Origin: Antedon mediterranea | Lineage: Eukaryota; Animalia; Echinodermata | NCBI RefSeq assembly: GCF_964355755.1 | Contig: NC_092671.1 | Coordinates: 25,184,070 to 25,248,069 of the forward strand | Direction: 5' to 3' | DNA: 64,000 nucleotides | Shown here: positions 45,299-59,178 of the stretch, piece after piece | How the letters are laid out: each line of letters opens with the position of its first letter | Numbering within the stretch: position 1 is the first letter of the stretch | Made by a program: the position numbers and the translations under genes | The notes under the pieces: model-generated | What the model was told of the DNA's origin: nothing | Databases searched by the model: none | Seen by the model: the letters and a program-made list of their open reading frames with translations, nothing else

Positions 45299-48200
45299 AT
45301 GGATTTTGTTTTACACGGCACACCAACACCTCGTCATCAGAGAGAATCAAGCGCTAAAGCAAGGAAAAAGCCTGTGGCTTCAAAGACTGACAGCTCTGTC
45401 CATGTTACTCCAGAAGCTCCAAGACCACCATCAGGAAGACCTCAAAGTAGGCATAAGGTATGCAACTGTAGTTGTCAATTATAATAATAATCATATTATT
45501 TGAAATTAAAATTGTATACCTTGCTTTATTGTTTTTTGTTGTTGCTTATTGTACATGATAATCATTGCCATTCTTAGTAATACCTTGTATCTCGGCACAA
45601 CACACACGTTTACAGGAGGGTGGTATTGTATTTTGAACTTGTAAATATAAAAAAAAAAACTTAATTTCTGAAACAAATGGAGATACAATGTTTTGATATA
45701 ATAGCAACGATATACCAAAGGTATAACTTGGTTTTTTACCCAATGATTGAACTTGCATACGGTTGTTTATACAATCATGGAATATAAAACAAATTTATAA
45801 AGTATTAGATAATGAATATTTTGTTTTTCCCAAATTTGATAGGCTGCTGATGGCACCCTACCACCAAACCAGAGTTACACTGCTGCTCATGTGGCTGCTA
45901 GCAACCAGAGGGCAAATAGACCTGAAAGGTAATTTCATTTCTTATTATATTATTGAATTTACAAAAGATAGGGATAATCAGTCAGTTATAATCATGAGGT
46001 AATTGGTATAAAAAAATTTAAATAATTATGGAATTATGAATGTGACACCTTAAGTTACTGAAATTAGGTTTCGCTTTTGTCTTTCTTTCTCAAAAGATTT
46101 TATGTTTTGTTTAGTGAGATATACTGTAAATTTTAATATGGCGAACCTATAAATCATAAATGTTTTTGTTTGCAGTGTACCTCGCCTGAATCTCAACAGA
46201 CTTGTTGATGGTGATAACAAATTAGAGAAGCCAATCAAAGAGCAAAGTGAACACTTATACACACCTGATACCTCTAGCACAGTCAGGTTAGTATGCATTG
46301 GAAAAACAAAATTAGTAACTTTTTGAAATTTCAAAAGAAAAATCTTTCCACTATAGACTTCACAGGCAAATTTATAAAAATAGAAATCAGCATCCTGTTT
46401 ATTAACCAACAATTATAACACACCTAAGTAGATCCTTGTTATTTGATTGGACGATTGTGGGTCACATGATATGCAATAACTACTCCATTGGACACTTATG
46501 TCATCAAGCGTGAATTTTGATATGGCATTGAATGTTGTTGCTTAATTTTGTTATATGCAGCGCCATTCTTAGTAACAACCACATGCAACATAAGGCTACC
46601 CACGTCTTTATTTATTTTATTCCGCAATGTAGTGGTGCCTTCAATGGTTTAGCCCTTAGCCTATAACTTCTTGTTAAAAGTAGGTGTGTTATAAAACAAA
46701 AATTTGTTTATATTCATGCAATGGTACAAACATTTCATTTGGTGAAAGTTATTTGTACTGCACCCATAAACATTCATTATTTTATACCATGACATATTCT
46801 TAGTAACAAACTTTAATTTATAGAAGATGGTCTGTTAGAATGATAGCCAGCATCATGTTTTATAACAAAATATGAAGACTTTTACTTGGCTGACAAAAAC
46901 AAATTTAATTAAAACCAGGCTTTAATATGATCAATTGTTTTTGAATGTTTATATCTTTTAAAATTCTTTCAAATTAAATGTTATGTTTATTTGTAATTGT
47001 TTGTTTTAGTTGGGGTACTCCAGTACCTCGAAGCTCACCATTTGCCTTGCATCACACCCCAAAAACAGGTGGATATAAATCTCATGGCCAAAATAAAACA
47101 AAAGTAAGTAAACTATATTGCAATGAATCATAATCTCATGATCTGAGTAATGACAATTTATGCACTTAAGATTTTTTTTGTTTAAATACTTTAGTTTTCT
47201 TGTTTATTAATTTCTTTCAAAAAGTGTACCACTGTTTAAAAAGTGTAGCTTGCAAATGCATTATTATTAATACATTGGCCGTCAATTTTTTTTTAGATAG
47301 TGGTTTTTTAGACAGGTAGCCCTAATTTGTTTATATAACTATTTATATTTCAATGTTTAGGGGCCGAACTTGATTATTTTTAACTATTTTTTAGCCCTTA
47401 CCTTGAAATATTATTATTTGTATGTTACAATGTTTTTAATTTACATTTATGTGTAAAATAAAAAAAATGAAATGAAATAAAAACTTCTTAATTTTCATTA
47501 ATTAGAGCAAAACAGAGCAAATTGTTCCAGACAATTTACCTCCACCCTCTGCTAAGCAAAAGCAACAGTATCAGCAATACCAAGATGAAATGAAACAACA
47601 ATATCAGAAAAAGAGTAATCAAAATGAACAGAAGGTGAATCAAGGTCAAAAAGGAGATGATACCAAGGTGAATCAAGGTCAAAAAGGAGATGATTCCAAA
47701 GTTGAACCAGTCCAGCAAAAAAAGGAAAACCACAAGAAGTAAGTTAATCATAATGTCATCATACTTTATTGTTATTCGTTATTAATATTACATATCACAT
47801 ATTACATATTGGAGTTGATGTATCCGTACCCAATTTCAACTATTATGCAGGTGTTTTCTCCTTTGTAAAATGTATACTCTCCCAAACAGACCACCCTCTC
47901 CATAAGAAATACACTTTTCTTCCATCTAATATTCGTATCCGTCTGCCTCGAAGCCGTACTAAACGCTAACAATAAATCATTTGTCCCACGCTAACTCAAG
48001 GAGAGAACACCTGGATCGTAGAATTTTTGATATTTTATAAGTGATGTTATATTGATTGTTTCTGTATGTACGTATATTGTTATTATCTCTGCAGTGTATA
48101 TAAGAGGAATTTCTGATGTATTTTTATATTGGACCAAATAAAGAATAATAATAATCACATGTGTGACATGTCATATAATTTATTCCATCAATTTTACAAT

Positions 48201-51200
48201 ACACCTGATTACTCAAAGTGATGTTACCAACTGTCTGGGAGCTTGCCAAGTGCTGATAAAAAAAACAAACAAATATATAAATAAAACTACATTTATAAAT
48301 ACACTACACATAACAGATGGAGTATTTTGTATGGATATGTATATTATCGCTTTGGAGATAGAAATATACAGTACAATTGAAATTGATTCGAAATAATCTA
48401 TATACAGGTTTTAAAATTATAGTATTAAATTATTAAAATTCAATATTATTTTATTTTAATTTTAAAAGTGTTATTTTTATCAGTATTGTTTTTTCTTATG
48501 TTAAGGAGCAGGGATAATGATGATTATGATGTATTAAACACAAGTTGGGGTAAGGCCTACAGTCAGCAACAGGAGCAACGTAAGCTGGATGCTGTAAGTA
48601 GATAATGTTTTTTATTTTCAGACCAATATTTACTGCACGCAGATATCCATGTAAACTACTTGATTCTGAGTTTATAAAACCTACAAAACATGTTTAGTAA
48701 AAAAAAAAAATAATAGTTATTAAAAATACATTACATGTATGATTATTGAAAATGATTAATATCACACATAGGCCCTGCAAAAAGGGGATCCATCCCCGGC
48801 AAAAGGGGTCAGGTAGGGGGGGGGGGGGTAGCCACCGCCAAACCCTGGGGTGGTGGACCAGTGTCTATAATTACAATGTAGGTAGTAATTTTTTCATTGA
48901 CGACCACTAACTGATTTAATGGTTTTTGAGCACAAACTTACAAGATTTAGCAGTACTTGATATAAATATTATTAATTACATTTTATTTCTATTTAAAAAA
49001 AAATGTTTATTAGGCAATATGCAGCAGCTTCCAGTAGTAGATCCCTACTATATGTGACTCATACAGTATGTATTCTGAATGTTGACATTTCCCTCTTTTT
49101 CATGTGTTTGTGGATATGTCTTCCTACCTAGAGAATTCTACTAGAGAGTGAAACTAAATGACTGTATGTTATTATGACCATTCTTTTTAGGAGGACAGTA
49201 TCGAGGCAAAAAAGAAGCAAGATATAGTAGAGCAAGTGATGGTAGACCAGTTGTCACGGTGTGTTTCATTGATATTTTACCAATTATCCTATGTCAATTC
49301 ATTTATTATGTCATTTGTGAATTCTTTGAATTAAACAGTAATACAGTATTGTCCAAATTTCTCAAAATCTAAAATCAAGCTTAAAAAGATGTATTGTCCC
49401 GAAAAAACATGACAAATGAAGATTAATAAAATCAGATTTTGAATTGGCCAATGTGCAGTTTTAATAAAGTTAATCACTCCGCAGAAAAAAAAATGTTGTC
49501 ACGTATAAAAAGACAAAACAATCAATTAAATTCAACAAAAAAACCATTGGCATTTTTTGCTTTAAATTACAGTTAAAAAATGTTGGTTTCAATCCAATTT
49601 TGTTCCAACTATTATGGAACATCAAAATGGAATACTAAACAAAATTGGAAAGAAATTATCTTTTTCCGGGGGTACCCTATATTTATCCAATTCGCTTAAA
49701 CTGTTATAGAATTAAAGTTTTCTGATGTATGATCTTAAAACCAAATTGCTCAACCGACATCGACATAGTGAGCTGTAAAGTCGCGTTGCATGCGACTAAA
49801 GACAACTAAGCTTTACCAATTCGTTAATTAAACTGTTATTGAATTGGACTTTTCTTTTCTGATGCATGATCTAAAACATAACATTGTCTATATTCTCTAT
49901 ATTAGTGTTGCCTCCACTTTACCTCAACCAAACCAAACCGACCTATTAACACTAACCATAACATATTTATTTTCTGTATCTGTAGTGCTGTTATTAGTGA
50001 TCCATCTCAAAATAGCCATGAAGGTTTAGAATCAGGTAGAGGTACACCATTTGGAGAATCTGGAAGAAGAGGCAGGAATAGATTATTACATGAATCAAAG
50101 TAAGCATATGATTATTTTTATTACATTTTATATTTATTTATATATACCATGTTAAATAATTCATAAGCCAAACCTGTTTATTAATTAATAATAGATTTAC
50201 ATTGGATGCAAAATATGTTAACCTTGTACTAAAAGGTACTACAATCATTTTGTTATATATTATTACATTTGTTATATATTATTATATTTATTGTTCAGGA
50301 GAGTTTTTAATTCAAATGTATAATCAATGATATGAGATCAAAGTGTAGATCATGGCATGCAGTCAAAGAATTCTACTACAAAAGTGCCTCTTCCCTGGTA
50401 ATACAATAATGTGTGTACATGCATGTACACACATTATTATTCAAAGTGGGGTGTTTATTAAATTATATACGGTAAATGCTTTAAACAGTTCGATAGAGAA
50501 GTCCAAATGCCATAGCTATGTACAGTATTCTGCATTCCACAATGTGCAATTGCAATTTTTAAATTTGCTAATTTTTACTATCTATATAAGTGAGAGAGTT
50601 TGTACGTCTGTCTGTCTGTTTGTTCGTTATACAAATTTTTGTTACTGCACGTAATCTTACATATCTATATTATAAGTGAGAGAGTTTGTACGTCTGTCGG
50701 TCTGTCTGTTTGTTCGTTATACAAATTTTTGTTACTGCACGTAATCTTACATATGGGGTATCAAAATTACCGCAATTGTACCGGGAATGTTCTAAGCTAT
50801 ATTTCAACATCATCCGCCACCTAGGATCCAAGTTAGGGGCCAAAATGTGGTCAAAACCCCCACTTTCGATGTTTGTTCGTTATACAAGTTTCTGTTTCTG
50901 CACGTAACCATACGTATGGGGTATCAAAATGATGGCAATTGTACCCGGAAGGTTTTAAACTACATTTTAAAAAAATCCCCTGACTCCTGGGGTTTTTGTG
51001 GGAGTGGGGGGGGGGGGGGGGTGTGGTGGTTTGTGATGTCATTTTTGCTAGGGCTCGGGGTTGTAGGCTATCGAATTGTAAAATTATACTACAAAAGTTT
51101 TACAGTATTTTAATTATCCTCAGCAAGGCGTTTGGGGAAATATAGATATAGATATACATATTTTATTCATTAACCAATATGCAAAGCAAAGTACTTTAAC

Positions 51201-54200
51201 CATATCCAGCTATGTATCGGTCTCTTGGATTGTCTCATTACAGACATCCATTCCTGTGTGAACATACACACGTTGTTTACTGTTACTGTGTTCAACTACA
51301 TCACCAATCCTCCAAGGAAAAAACGTCAATTGTGGGAGAGTGGGGTTGGGAGATAGGGTTTGGGAGTTAGTTTGGGTTCGGGAGTTGGGGTTCAGGGGAA
51401 AGTGGGGATTTTGCTTACACCAGAATTGTGGTTGGAAAATGTTAAAGTATTTAATCATCCCTGGGAAGCGGCTGGGAGTTTGAGGTGGGGATGTAGGCCT
51501 ATCACCATGACCGAAACTGTATTTGGAATGTTTTAAACTACATTTGAAAACTGCCACTGAGGGATTATGGGTTGGGAGTGATAATAACATAATTTGTACT
51601 GGAACCGGCTTGAACACATCACCCAGTGTATCAGGGGTGTGTTTGTAGGAGGAGGAGGGGCGAAAATACTAGCGTAATGAAGTAGCCTATAGGATTGGAT
51701 TGTACTAGGAAAAGTTACTACTATATTTGAACTGTCCAGGGGAGGAGTTAAGGTTTGTTGATGGTGATGAAAGGAGAAAGAAGGCTGGGGGACCGCAGTA
51801 TCTAAATTACATATTTTAATTATCAGCCAATATGACACCTATTCATTTAAACAATTTACAACGTACTTCAACCATTATTAGACCCATCATAGCTATGCAT
51901 ACTCCTCTCAATTTGAAGCTTAGGTTGAATTGAATTTGTCCATCACTGGGAAGAATTTGTTTTTAAGAAAGAGTATGGGGTGTTATTGAAGAGGGGTGGA
52001 GGTTGGTGAGTATAGACAGATACTGGCGTCGGATGTTATGTACTGAGAAGGCTGTAAACTAATTTTAAAACCCGCCCTGGGGCAGGTATAATTGCTAGTA
52101 ATACATATTGTTATAAGCTTTGATTCAATTTACATAGAGTATGCACTGAAAGCTCAAGTACAGAAAAATTGTTAGAGAAAAGGATAAGTTTTTCTCTACG
52201 GGTTCCCTCTCGGTTTGGTCATGATGCGTTGAGGGAGCTATTTGGATTCTACTTCATGTTAGACGATACAATGACTATCTATGAATACAGACAATTTGGT
52301 AAAAAGTAAGTAAATAAAAATATTTCATGTTTAGTAAAATTAAATTTAATTCACAGAAAGGTCTACCAATATCGTTTTCATAATACATAAAATAATAAAA
52401 CTTGTTTTATTACAAGTTGTAACATATTTTGATGTCTTGGTTTTATTAGATGTTTCATACATGCATTTGCAAATTTTGCGAAATCTCAGGAAATAGAATG
52501 TAGTAGTCGTTGCACTATTTGATTATACTGAGATTGGTCAGTTAAATATGAGGCCAAGTGCAGAATAACTTGGAACATCTCTGGAACAAAAACAGGGCTC
52601 TCACTCACATGTTTGTTTCACTATATATTCACAAACCTGCCATCAGACTATGTAAACCTGGTTACAAATATTCAGACATGTTTTATATTGCATTACAACA
52701 AGGTTGTTACGATGTGTCAACAGACCCTGCCACTCCCTGTTGGTGTGTGTTTAAATGTTTGGACAAACACCTTTTTAAACTAGAGATCAGCAGCAGAAGT
52801 GATGATAAATATGCTTCCACTTTTGTGGAAAAAAAATCCATTTTGAGAAAAAGAACACCTCTGTTTTGCCTGCCAATGGAAATGTTTTCAGTTGACACAT
52901 TTGCCCTTCTTTACATGATTGATTGAGCATATTTTCTGTCATTTTAAATTGCTGTATTTTCTTCAATGGTTATGAGGTGCAGTGACTTACCTCGTCTTTT
53001 GAGACGATTTATGTGCCTAATGAATTTACAGGCTGTGATTTGGATATTATGACTTACGTTGTCTGATGTCCTTTTATTTTTCAATAAAGTCGAACATCTG
53101 CCCTTCCTTTCATCCAACGAGGATCATACAGACATGTGATTGGACGACGCAGAGGTCGCCAGTACAGTATAAGAGACCTCTTTGTTGTAAGTTTATTAGA
53201 ATCTTATGGATGCATTTTAAGAGCTATAATTATACTATAATATTAAATCAGTTAATGTATACTAGTTTTTCTATATGGTTAATTAATTGTGTACTGTATG
53301 AGCTGCCAACAGCTTATTTAATTTCTTGTATGTTTTATGCGAAACCAATTAAGTTTCTGTATTTGCTATTAGATTTTTATTTTCATTGTGTTATTTTTTT
53401 TCTTCATATTATAATTATATTAATTTGTTGGGTGACAAAGCATTAGATAAAGCTATAATTTCGGTTGAATAGACTTGGACCTCTTATTTATAGAATCATA
53501 AAGTTGGAATTGGTTGATGTCAGGTTGTAGCACAAGGAATCTGTTCAGGCAACAATATTTGATTCGCCTGGACTAAAAATGAGAATAACATAAATTGTTA
53601 ATTGATTTAAATTATAATTAAATTGTTGTTTTTTAGGGAGGTAATTTGTCATTTGAGACAGGTAGCCAATCATCCTTGCCAGAAACAATTAGAAAGCAAA
53701 CCATAGTAACACTAAGAATTACAGATGTTGATGTAGACCTCAAAGAAAGTCTAATGTAAGTTTCAAAAGGTCAATGTAAAACCATTTTCTCTCACATAAC
53801 TGTGCTCCGAGAAGAATATATGGGGAATATAATTTTTATTATTACCATGCCAGTATGCCAGTGTCAGCTAGACCTGCTCAATACCTAGGAATATTACAAG
53901 GCAACTTTCCCTGCAATTCAGGCAATCTGTGAGGACACAAGCTGTTTTATCCCTCTAACATGTCCTCATTAGAAGAAATCCTGTGTATTATTGACCTTCT
54001 ATGACCTGGTAACGTCATGCCATACAGGTTTGTCATGTAGGCACCATAATGACTGCATCAATTGAAATACCTGTTAAAGACCAAAGAATGTTACTAGGAG
54101 TTTTTCCTGCAATGCGAGACAGTCATGAAGGATGATAGAATCCCAGATATTGTGTAGACCTAAAACATTTTACTTGTATGATACTATACAGATTTGGTGG

Positions 54201-57200
54201 AAGAATTCCGTTTGACAAAAATGAGTACAGTAAAAAGATGAAGCCCCAAGTACTTCTTCAGGAAGTTGAGGACTGGAAAATTATTCAGGGTATTCAAGGT
54301 AGCTATTCATTTACCACAGCGTAAAATAAGTATCAATTATTTTAGACCTTTCTGTTTACCTTTGAATCTGATTGTTTGCATGATAGGATATGTTTGTGGT
54401 ACACCACCTATGCAGTTTGAAAAGAATGGTTGAGCTTCTAGCTATATATATGGTGTACTGCAAACAAACTTTAAACATATCATTATATTCACTTTCACCA
54501 TGCAAACCTTCAAAGATAAGAGTTGCATTTCCAACCTAGGCTCCTATGCATTCTGTTCTGGCTAGCCCTCACAATGTCTGTATTGTCTACATGTTTTTGG
54601 TCACTTCTTCTTTCTGCACAAAGCGCTTGTTATAACATTTGATTAAGGTGCTACAAATATATTATACTATTTATTTTAGTGCATTTTTAATAATTGCCAT
54701 ATATGTATTATAAAAAGAAATAGTGTATACTCATGATCGTGGTCACAATTAAAACTTGTGCATTTCAGACTAAATTGTGGATATTGGATAACAGTAGTTG
54801 TATTTATGAATTGTAGAAATGAAAATTTGCACAAATAAAGTAAATGTAAAATCCTTATTAAAATCTTCTTTTCCAAATACTATTGAAAATATGCATATGC
54901 ATACAACTTTTTAATTTCAAAAATATTATATGAATATTAAAGCAAATTGTTTATGTTTAGAACAAGCTAAAAGCAAATTGAAGAGGCGTGGCTGTCGGAC
55001 GTTGACGGGATTGGGGAGACATTTTAAGCAACTTGATCAATCTGGTGATGGTGTTCTGAGTAAAGAAGAGCTGATTGATGCCCTGAAGGTGTTTCACTTA
55101 GATGTTGATTCTAAGGTAGGTTTAATATAACCTCATTTGTTTAGCCACACGTTTCTCTTCTACTAGACTTTCTATCCAATGGATGCATACCATCTACTAC
55201 AGTTAGTGAAGAAATGGTTCAGGATGAATGGCGACCATGCTGTTTCGATATTGCTAGCAATGACCTCACTGTAGACCTGCTTGCGGGTGGTTCAGTATAC
55301 TTTTTCCCATCCACATAAAGTGTACCATTTCTCAAGATTTTACGCTATCCTTCTTGGAAAGCCTTGGCCATCACATCTTTTAGATCCCATTTCTCTTTAG
55401 CATCTATTTAAAGTAAGTCCTCAAATATAAAAAAAACTACTTATTCTTGGTAGACCTCAGGGAATGCTGTTCAGATTCCGGAGAATCGGTTGTTCTTTGC
55501 TTTTGTTTTAAAGCGACCTCCGTTTTCTCCAATTTGGTCGTATGGCAATAACTTGGTTTTCCATGATTGTGTTAGCATAGTATTCCAAAGAATGATCAAA
55601 ATCATTTTGTTTCTTTTCCATGGTGTAGATTCTGGAATTGGTGATACCGGCTAAGCCAAAATCAAATTGTGTGTAAATATCCATCACCATATCTTTCAGT
55701 TCACGACTCGGTGCGTATATCACCAGTTCATTAGTATCAATCTGTTGTATACTTAGGCTTATGCTGGTCTGCTTTCGCTCTATTTTTAACACTCATTGTT
55801 ACAAAAAGGTTCAGCAAACTGACTCTTTTCAGTTACTGTGATGTATTTTACTTAAGCTGCCCCTGCCCAGCATTGTTTCATCTCTCATCAAAACTGTAAT
55901 AACACAGGTTGTAAAAGGAAATGTTATAAAAATATTGGAAGTGGAGAATATTTATTGACTGTTATATTTTAATGAGGTGAAGCCGAGTTAATCTGTGTTA
56001 CGGAGTGTGTAAGTTAGCTACAGGTTAACTAGAGTCAGTAAGCTACCGGGGGTAGCCACAGAATAATTAAATGCACACTGGACATAATTTAAGATCATGT
56101 GCATGTTATGTTTGCTTTATGTCCCATTCAAAGGATAAGGCAGTGAGGGTAAAGAATTACTTTTTGCTGGAGGATACAAGCAATATGACACAGGTGTCAA
56201 AGTCATGCTTTCTCATATGTCAGTGAGCATTGAACCATCTTAGTCTCACATGCTGCTCTTGTTGGATTTTCTGTATTCTATGTGCTTCTCAAAATTCCTC
56301 ATTTTAAAAGTAAAGTAAAATCTGAATATCTAATGTTTTTTTAATTCAGCATCTCTTGCCTTACTAGAAGATCAGAATAACTTTTCAGTACTGTACCTTA
56401 ATCTTAAGCTGTAGCATGTGTACCTCTGTGTAATATTTTACACATAAACCCACAGATAACATTAAAAAAGAACATCTGAAAACTCATTTGTACATCATTT
56501 TAACTTTGTCGATCGCCTCTGAACAATATCATGAGTACCAGCACTATATAAGTCTGATTGATTTATTGATTGAACCACGATTTCTGCAGTGATTCTCCAC
56601 CAATTTCTATTCCATTTTATTGTGCTTTCATTTAATATAAACTTTCTGAATACCAAACTAATCTAGTTTGAATTTTATAGCTATTAAATTCATTATGGCT
56701 GATTATGGACCAGAATGGTGATGGTGCAATAGACCATATGGAATTTACACGAGCTATAATAGGCGAGATGAGTGAGTTTAGAAAAGCACTTGTTCGTAAG
56801 GTAAAAAAATAAATATTTTTTTAACCTGTCATGTGATACCAATATATAAATAACGTCCTCTTCTGACGAGAGTTGAGGTCAACTATTGAAAACTACTGTT
56901 TATTCAGTTTAAAAAAAATTAATGATATGTCGGCGACTATGGACATACAAATAGAACATAATTTGTGTCTCCAAAACACAAATATTGTTTTTATTTTATT
57001 TTTAACAAATTCAATAGACACTAATTTACGATATGGTACGGTAATATTTGTTCATTTAAAAGAACATGGTAAATATGAAATTGTGTTTGGTTGAATTTAA
57101 CCTGCAATATAGACATAAAAATGCAGTATCGTAAAACCTGTTCATTTTTTATAGGCTTTCCAAAAAGTTGATGCAAACAAATCGGGCACTGTTGGAATGG

Positions 57201-58198
57201 ATGAACTGAAGATGTTCTTTAGAGCACAAAAACATCCACTTGTACAACAAGGTACAGTATATTCAGATATGAGAGCAGAGCATTAATTTTACTATAGAAT
57301 CAAGCAACTTTTCCAACAAGCTTTTTCATTTTATCTTAGGCTCTGTCTACACTATCAAACTAGTTTGACAAAAAAAGTGTAATTGCCCAAATATGGTAGT
57401 GATATCATCATATTGCCCATATATGGGCACATCACATTTTTTTGGTCACATAAAGTTTGTTAGTGTAGACAGAGCTTTACATTGTTACAATCTATTTACA
57501 ATTTTGCTATTTTTTGTTTTACTTCAATACGTACAGCTCTTTGAGAGCTTGCTTATTATGCGCTGTATAAGAATGAAATATTATTTAATAAAATGTAGGA
57601 TGTTTTAAATTAATTTTGTTCAGTATGTGTACATGGTTAGTGTACCCCATTACACTAAAAAGGAAACATACATTCTCCTATTAAATTAAACTTAAAGAAA
57701 ATTCTTAAATATTTATTAACGCAAGTGAAATATTCAAGTGTTATTGGCATTATAGAAGAGAAATTTTTCTTTTTTTTTGATCTAATAGATCAAAAGTACT
57801 AAAAATGGTTTTGCAAACATTTAATTTGCTTTCTGAAGTAGACTGTTGATCTTGGTTACAGTCTGGTCAATATGTATCATTTTTACTTTTGATCTTCTTC
57901 TATAATATTAGTATCCAAATGAAATTACTTCAAGGTTTGGTATTCTTCAAAATTGTCAACATATTTTTAGTTTAATAGAGACAAGAACAAAGTTTTTTTT
58001 TTAATTTTTGTTCATTTTTTTTTTCATTTAGGGAAAGTAAGTGCAGATGAGATACTAGACAGTTTTCTGGATTTGTTTGACAGAAAAACGAAAGAAATAT
58101 TTTGGGCTGAGTTTGAGGACTACTATGAGGGTACAAGTATTGGCATTGAAAATGATGAGGAATTTGTAAATATGATGAAGAATTGTTGGGGTATTTGA
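45299..58198 (+). CDS. CAPS2: Calcyphosine-2-like EF-hand protein, 16 coding exons, 660 aa
   Basis: Exons 45299-45457, 45843-45928, 46176-46286, 47010-47103, 47506-47738, 48506-48593, 49191-49258, 49986-50099, 52138-52305, 53090-53186, 53637-53755, 54192-54298, 54961-55115, 56681-56800, 57155-57251, 58032-58198. All introns GT-AG and phase-consistent (1983 nt). CAPS2-like motifs VPRLNL, IVPDNLPPP, KKKQDIVEQVMVDQLSRAVISDP, LPFIQR, RGCRTLTGLGRHF, EF hands DQSGDG/DQNGDG/DANKSG, and FEDYYEG...WGI*. Confidence 0.93.
46412..46790. mobile_element. Interspersed repeat with a subterminal inverted repeat (possibly Helentron-type)
   Basis: TTATAACACACCTA at about 46413 and its inverse TAGGTGTGTTATAA at about 46681. 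Boundaries uncertain. Confidence 0.4.
47865..48150 (+). mobile_element. CR1/L2-group LINE 3' remnant
   Basis: ILSQTDHPLHKKYTFLPSNIRIRLPRSRTKR..SFVP, followed by AATAAA and an (AAT)n tail. Confidence 0.6.
50581..52098 (+). mobile_element. Non-autonomous Helitron in CAPS2 intron 8
   Basis: A|TC 5' end (TCTATATAAGTGAGAG...GTCTGTCTGTCTG), 3' hairpin ACCCGCCC-TG-GGGCAGGT followed by CTAG|T, no TSD. Confidence 0.85.
57339..57476. mobile_element. MITE, PIF/Harbinger-like
   Basis: TIR GCTCTGTCTACACTA(T/A)CAAACT ... AGTTTGTTAGTGTAGACAGAGC, with TTA on both sides. Confidence 0.85.
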
Positions 58199-58779
58199 GG
58201 ACTAGGTTACTTTTTTATAAATTATGCGATGTGTAATAATAATCATAATAATTTAATTAGAAGCTACATTTTTTAATGAGTGGCACATTAAATGAAGGTG
58301 CATCCATAGTAATTAAATAAAAGTAAAAGAAAAGTGATTTTAACAATAGGAAAACTAAATTATTTACAAAATATAATAGTAACAAAAGTAATACAGGAAA
58401 ACACAGAACTTGTTGTTTTGCCTTCTCATTTTCCATGCCCATTTGGTGAAGCCTTTACAAAATCGATCAAATGCAACTTCAATATTTCTGGGAAGACCAA
58501 GTACAGTTGAACAAAGAACATACATTTTGGTCTATTGTTCCATTCCTATAATTTGGTTCCAAACATCAATTGCATTCGATAGACTTTGCTTGTGAACATT
58601 GCCAATTGCTCCTATATTTTGGAAAGCAGGACATGATAAAAGGAAATGCCTAAAATCTTCACTGGATTACAATTACATTGAGTACATAGATTGCCTTTAT
58701 TGTTTCATCTCACCAGCTTGATGTCTGTTTAATGGAAACGTATTGGACCACAATTCAACAGTTGACTCTACTAACACCT

Positions 58780-59178
58780 TTGGGCTGGCCGCGTAATTTT
58801 TTTTTCCAGGACGAACGTGGGCAGAATTCATGAATAATTCATGATTAATTATGACATAATAGGGAACATTATAGAGGGCGCTACATAAGAATGCAGAGAG
58901 ATTAAATAATTAGTGTAAACAACGTTTGCCAACCGAAATGTTTGGTCTAGCGGTAAAGGCTTTAACCTATTACGCTGAAGCCCTCGGTTCGAGGTCTTTC
59001 ATGAACATGTTTTTTTTAATAGTTGAGAGAGATTATTTAGAGGGTTAGGTTTAGTATATTTAGGAAGTAGATCAGCTATCTTTCAATTCTTTATAATAGA
59101 AAATAAGTAAGGTAATGAATTATTCATGACTTCTGCCTACGTTCGTCTTGGAAAAAAAAAACATGCAGGCTGGCCAAA
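58780..59178. mobile_element. MITE with long imperfect TIRs and an internal tRNA-like segment
   Basis: TTTTCCAGGACGAACGTGGGCAGAATTCATGAATAATTCAT ... ATGAATTATTCATGACTTCTGCCTACGTTCGTCTTGGAAAA. Internal TGGTCTAGCGG...GGTTCGAG at about 58943-58993. Confidence 0.75.

Noticed and set aside
52558-53446. ORFs of 122 and 126 aa as independent genes
   Set aside because: Intronic or out-of-frame overlaps with CAPS2 exon 10, with no recognisable domains.
55200-55800. RTE-type endonuclease remnant in CAPS2 intron 13
   Set aside because: Only faint resemblance (VIYAP, FGL, ANT), insufficient without a search.
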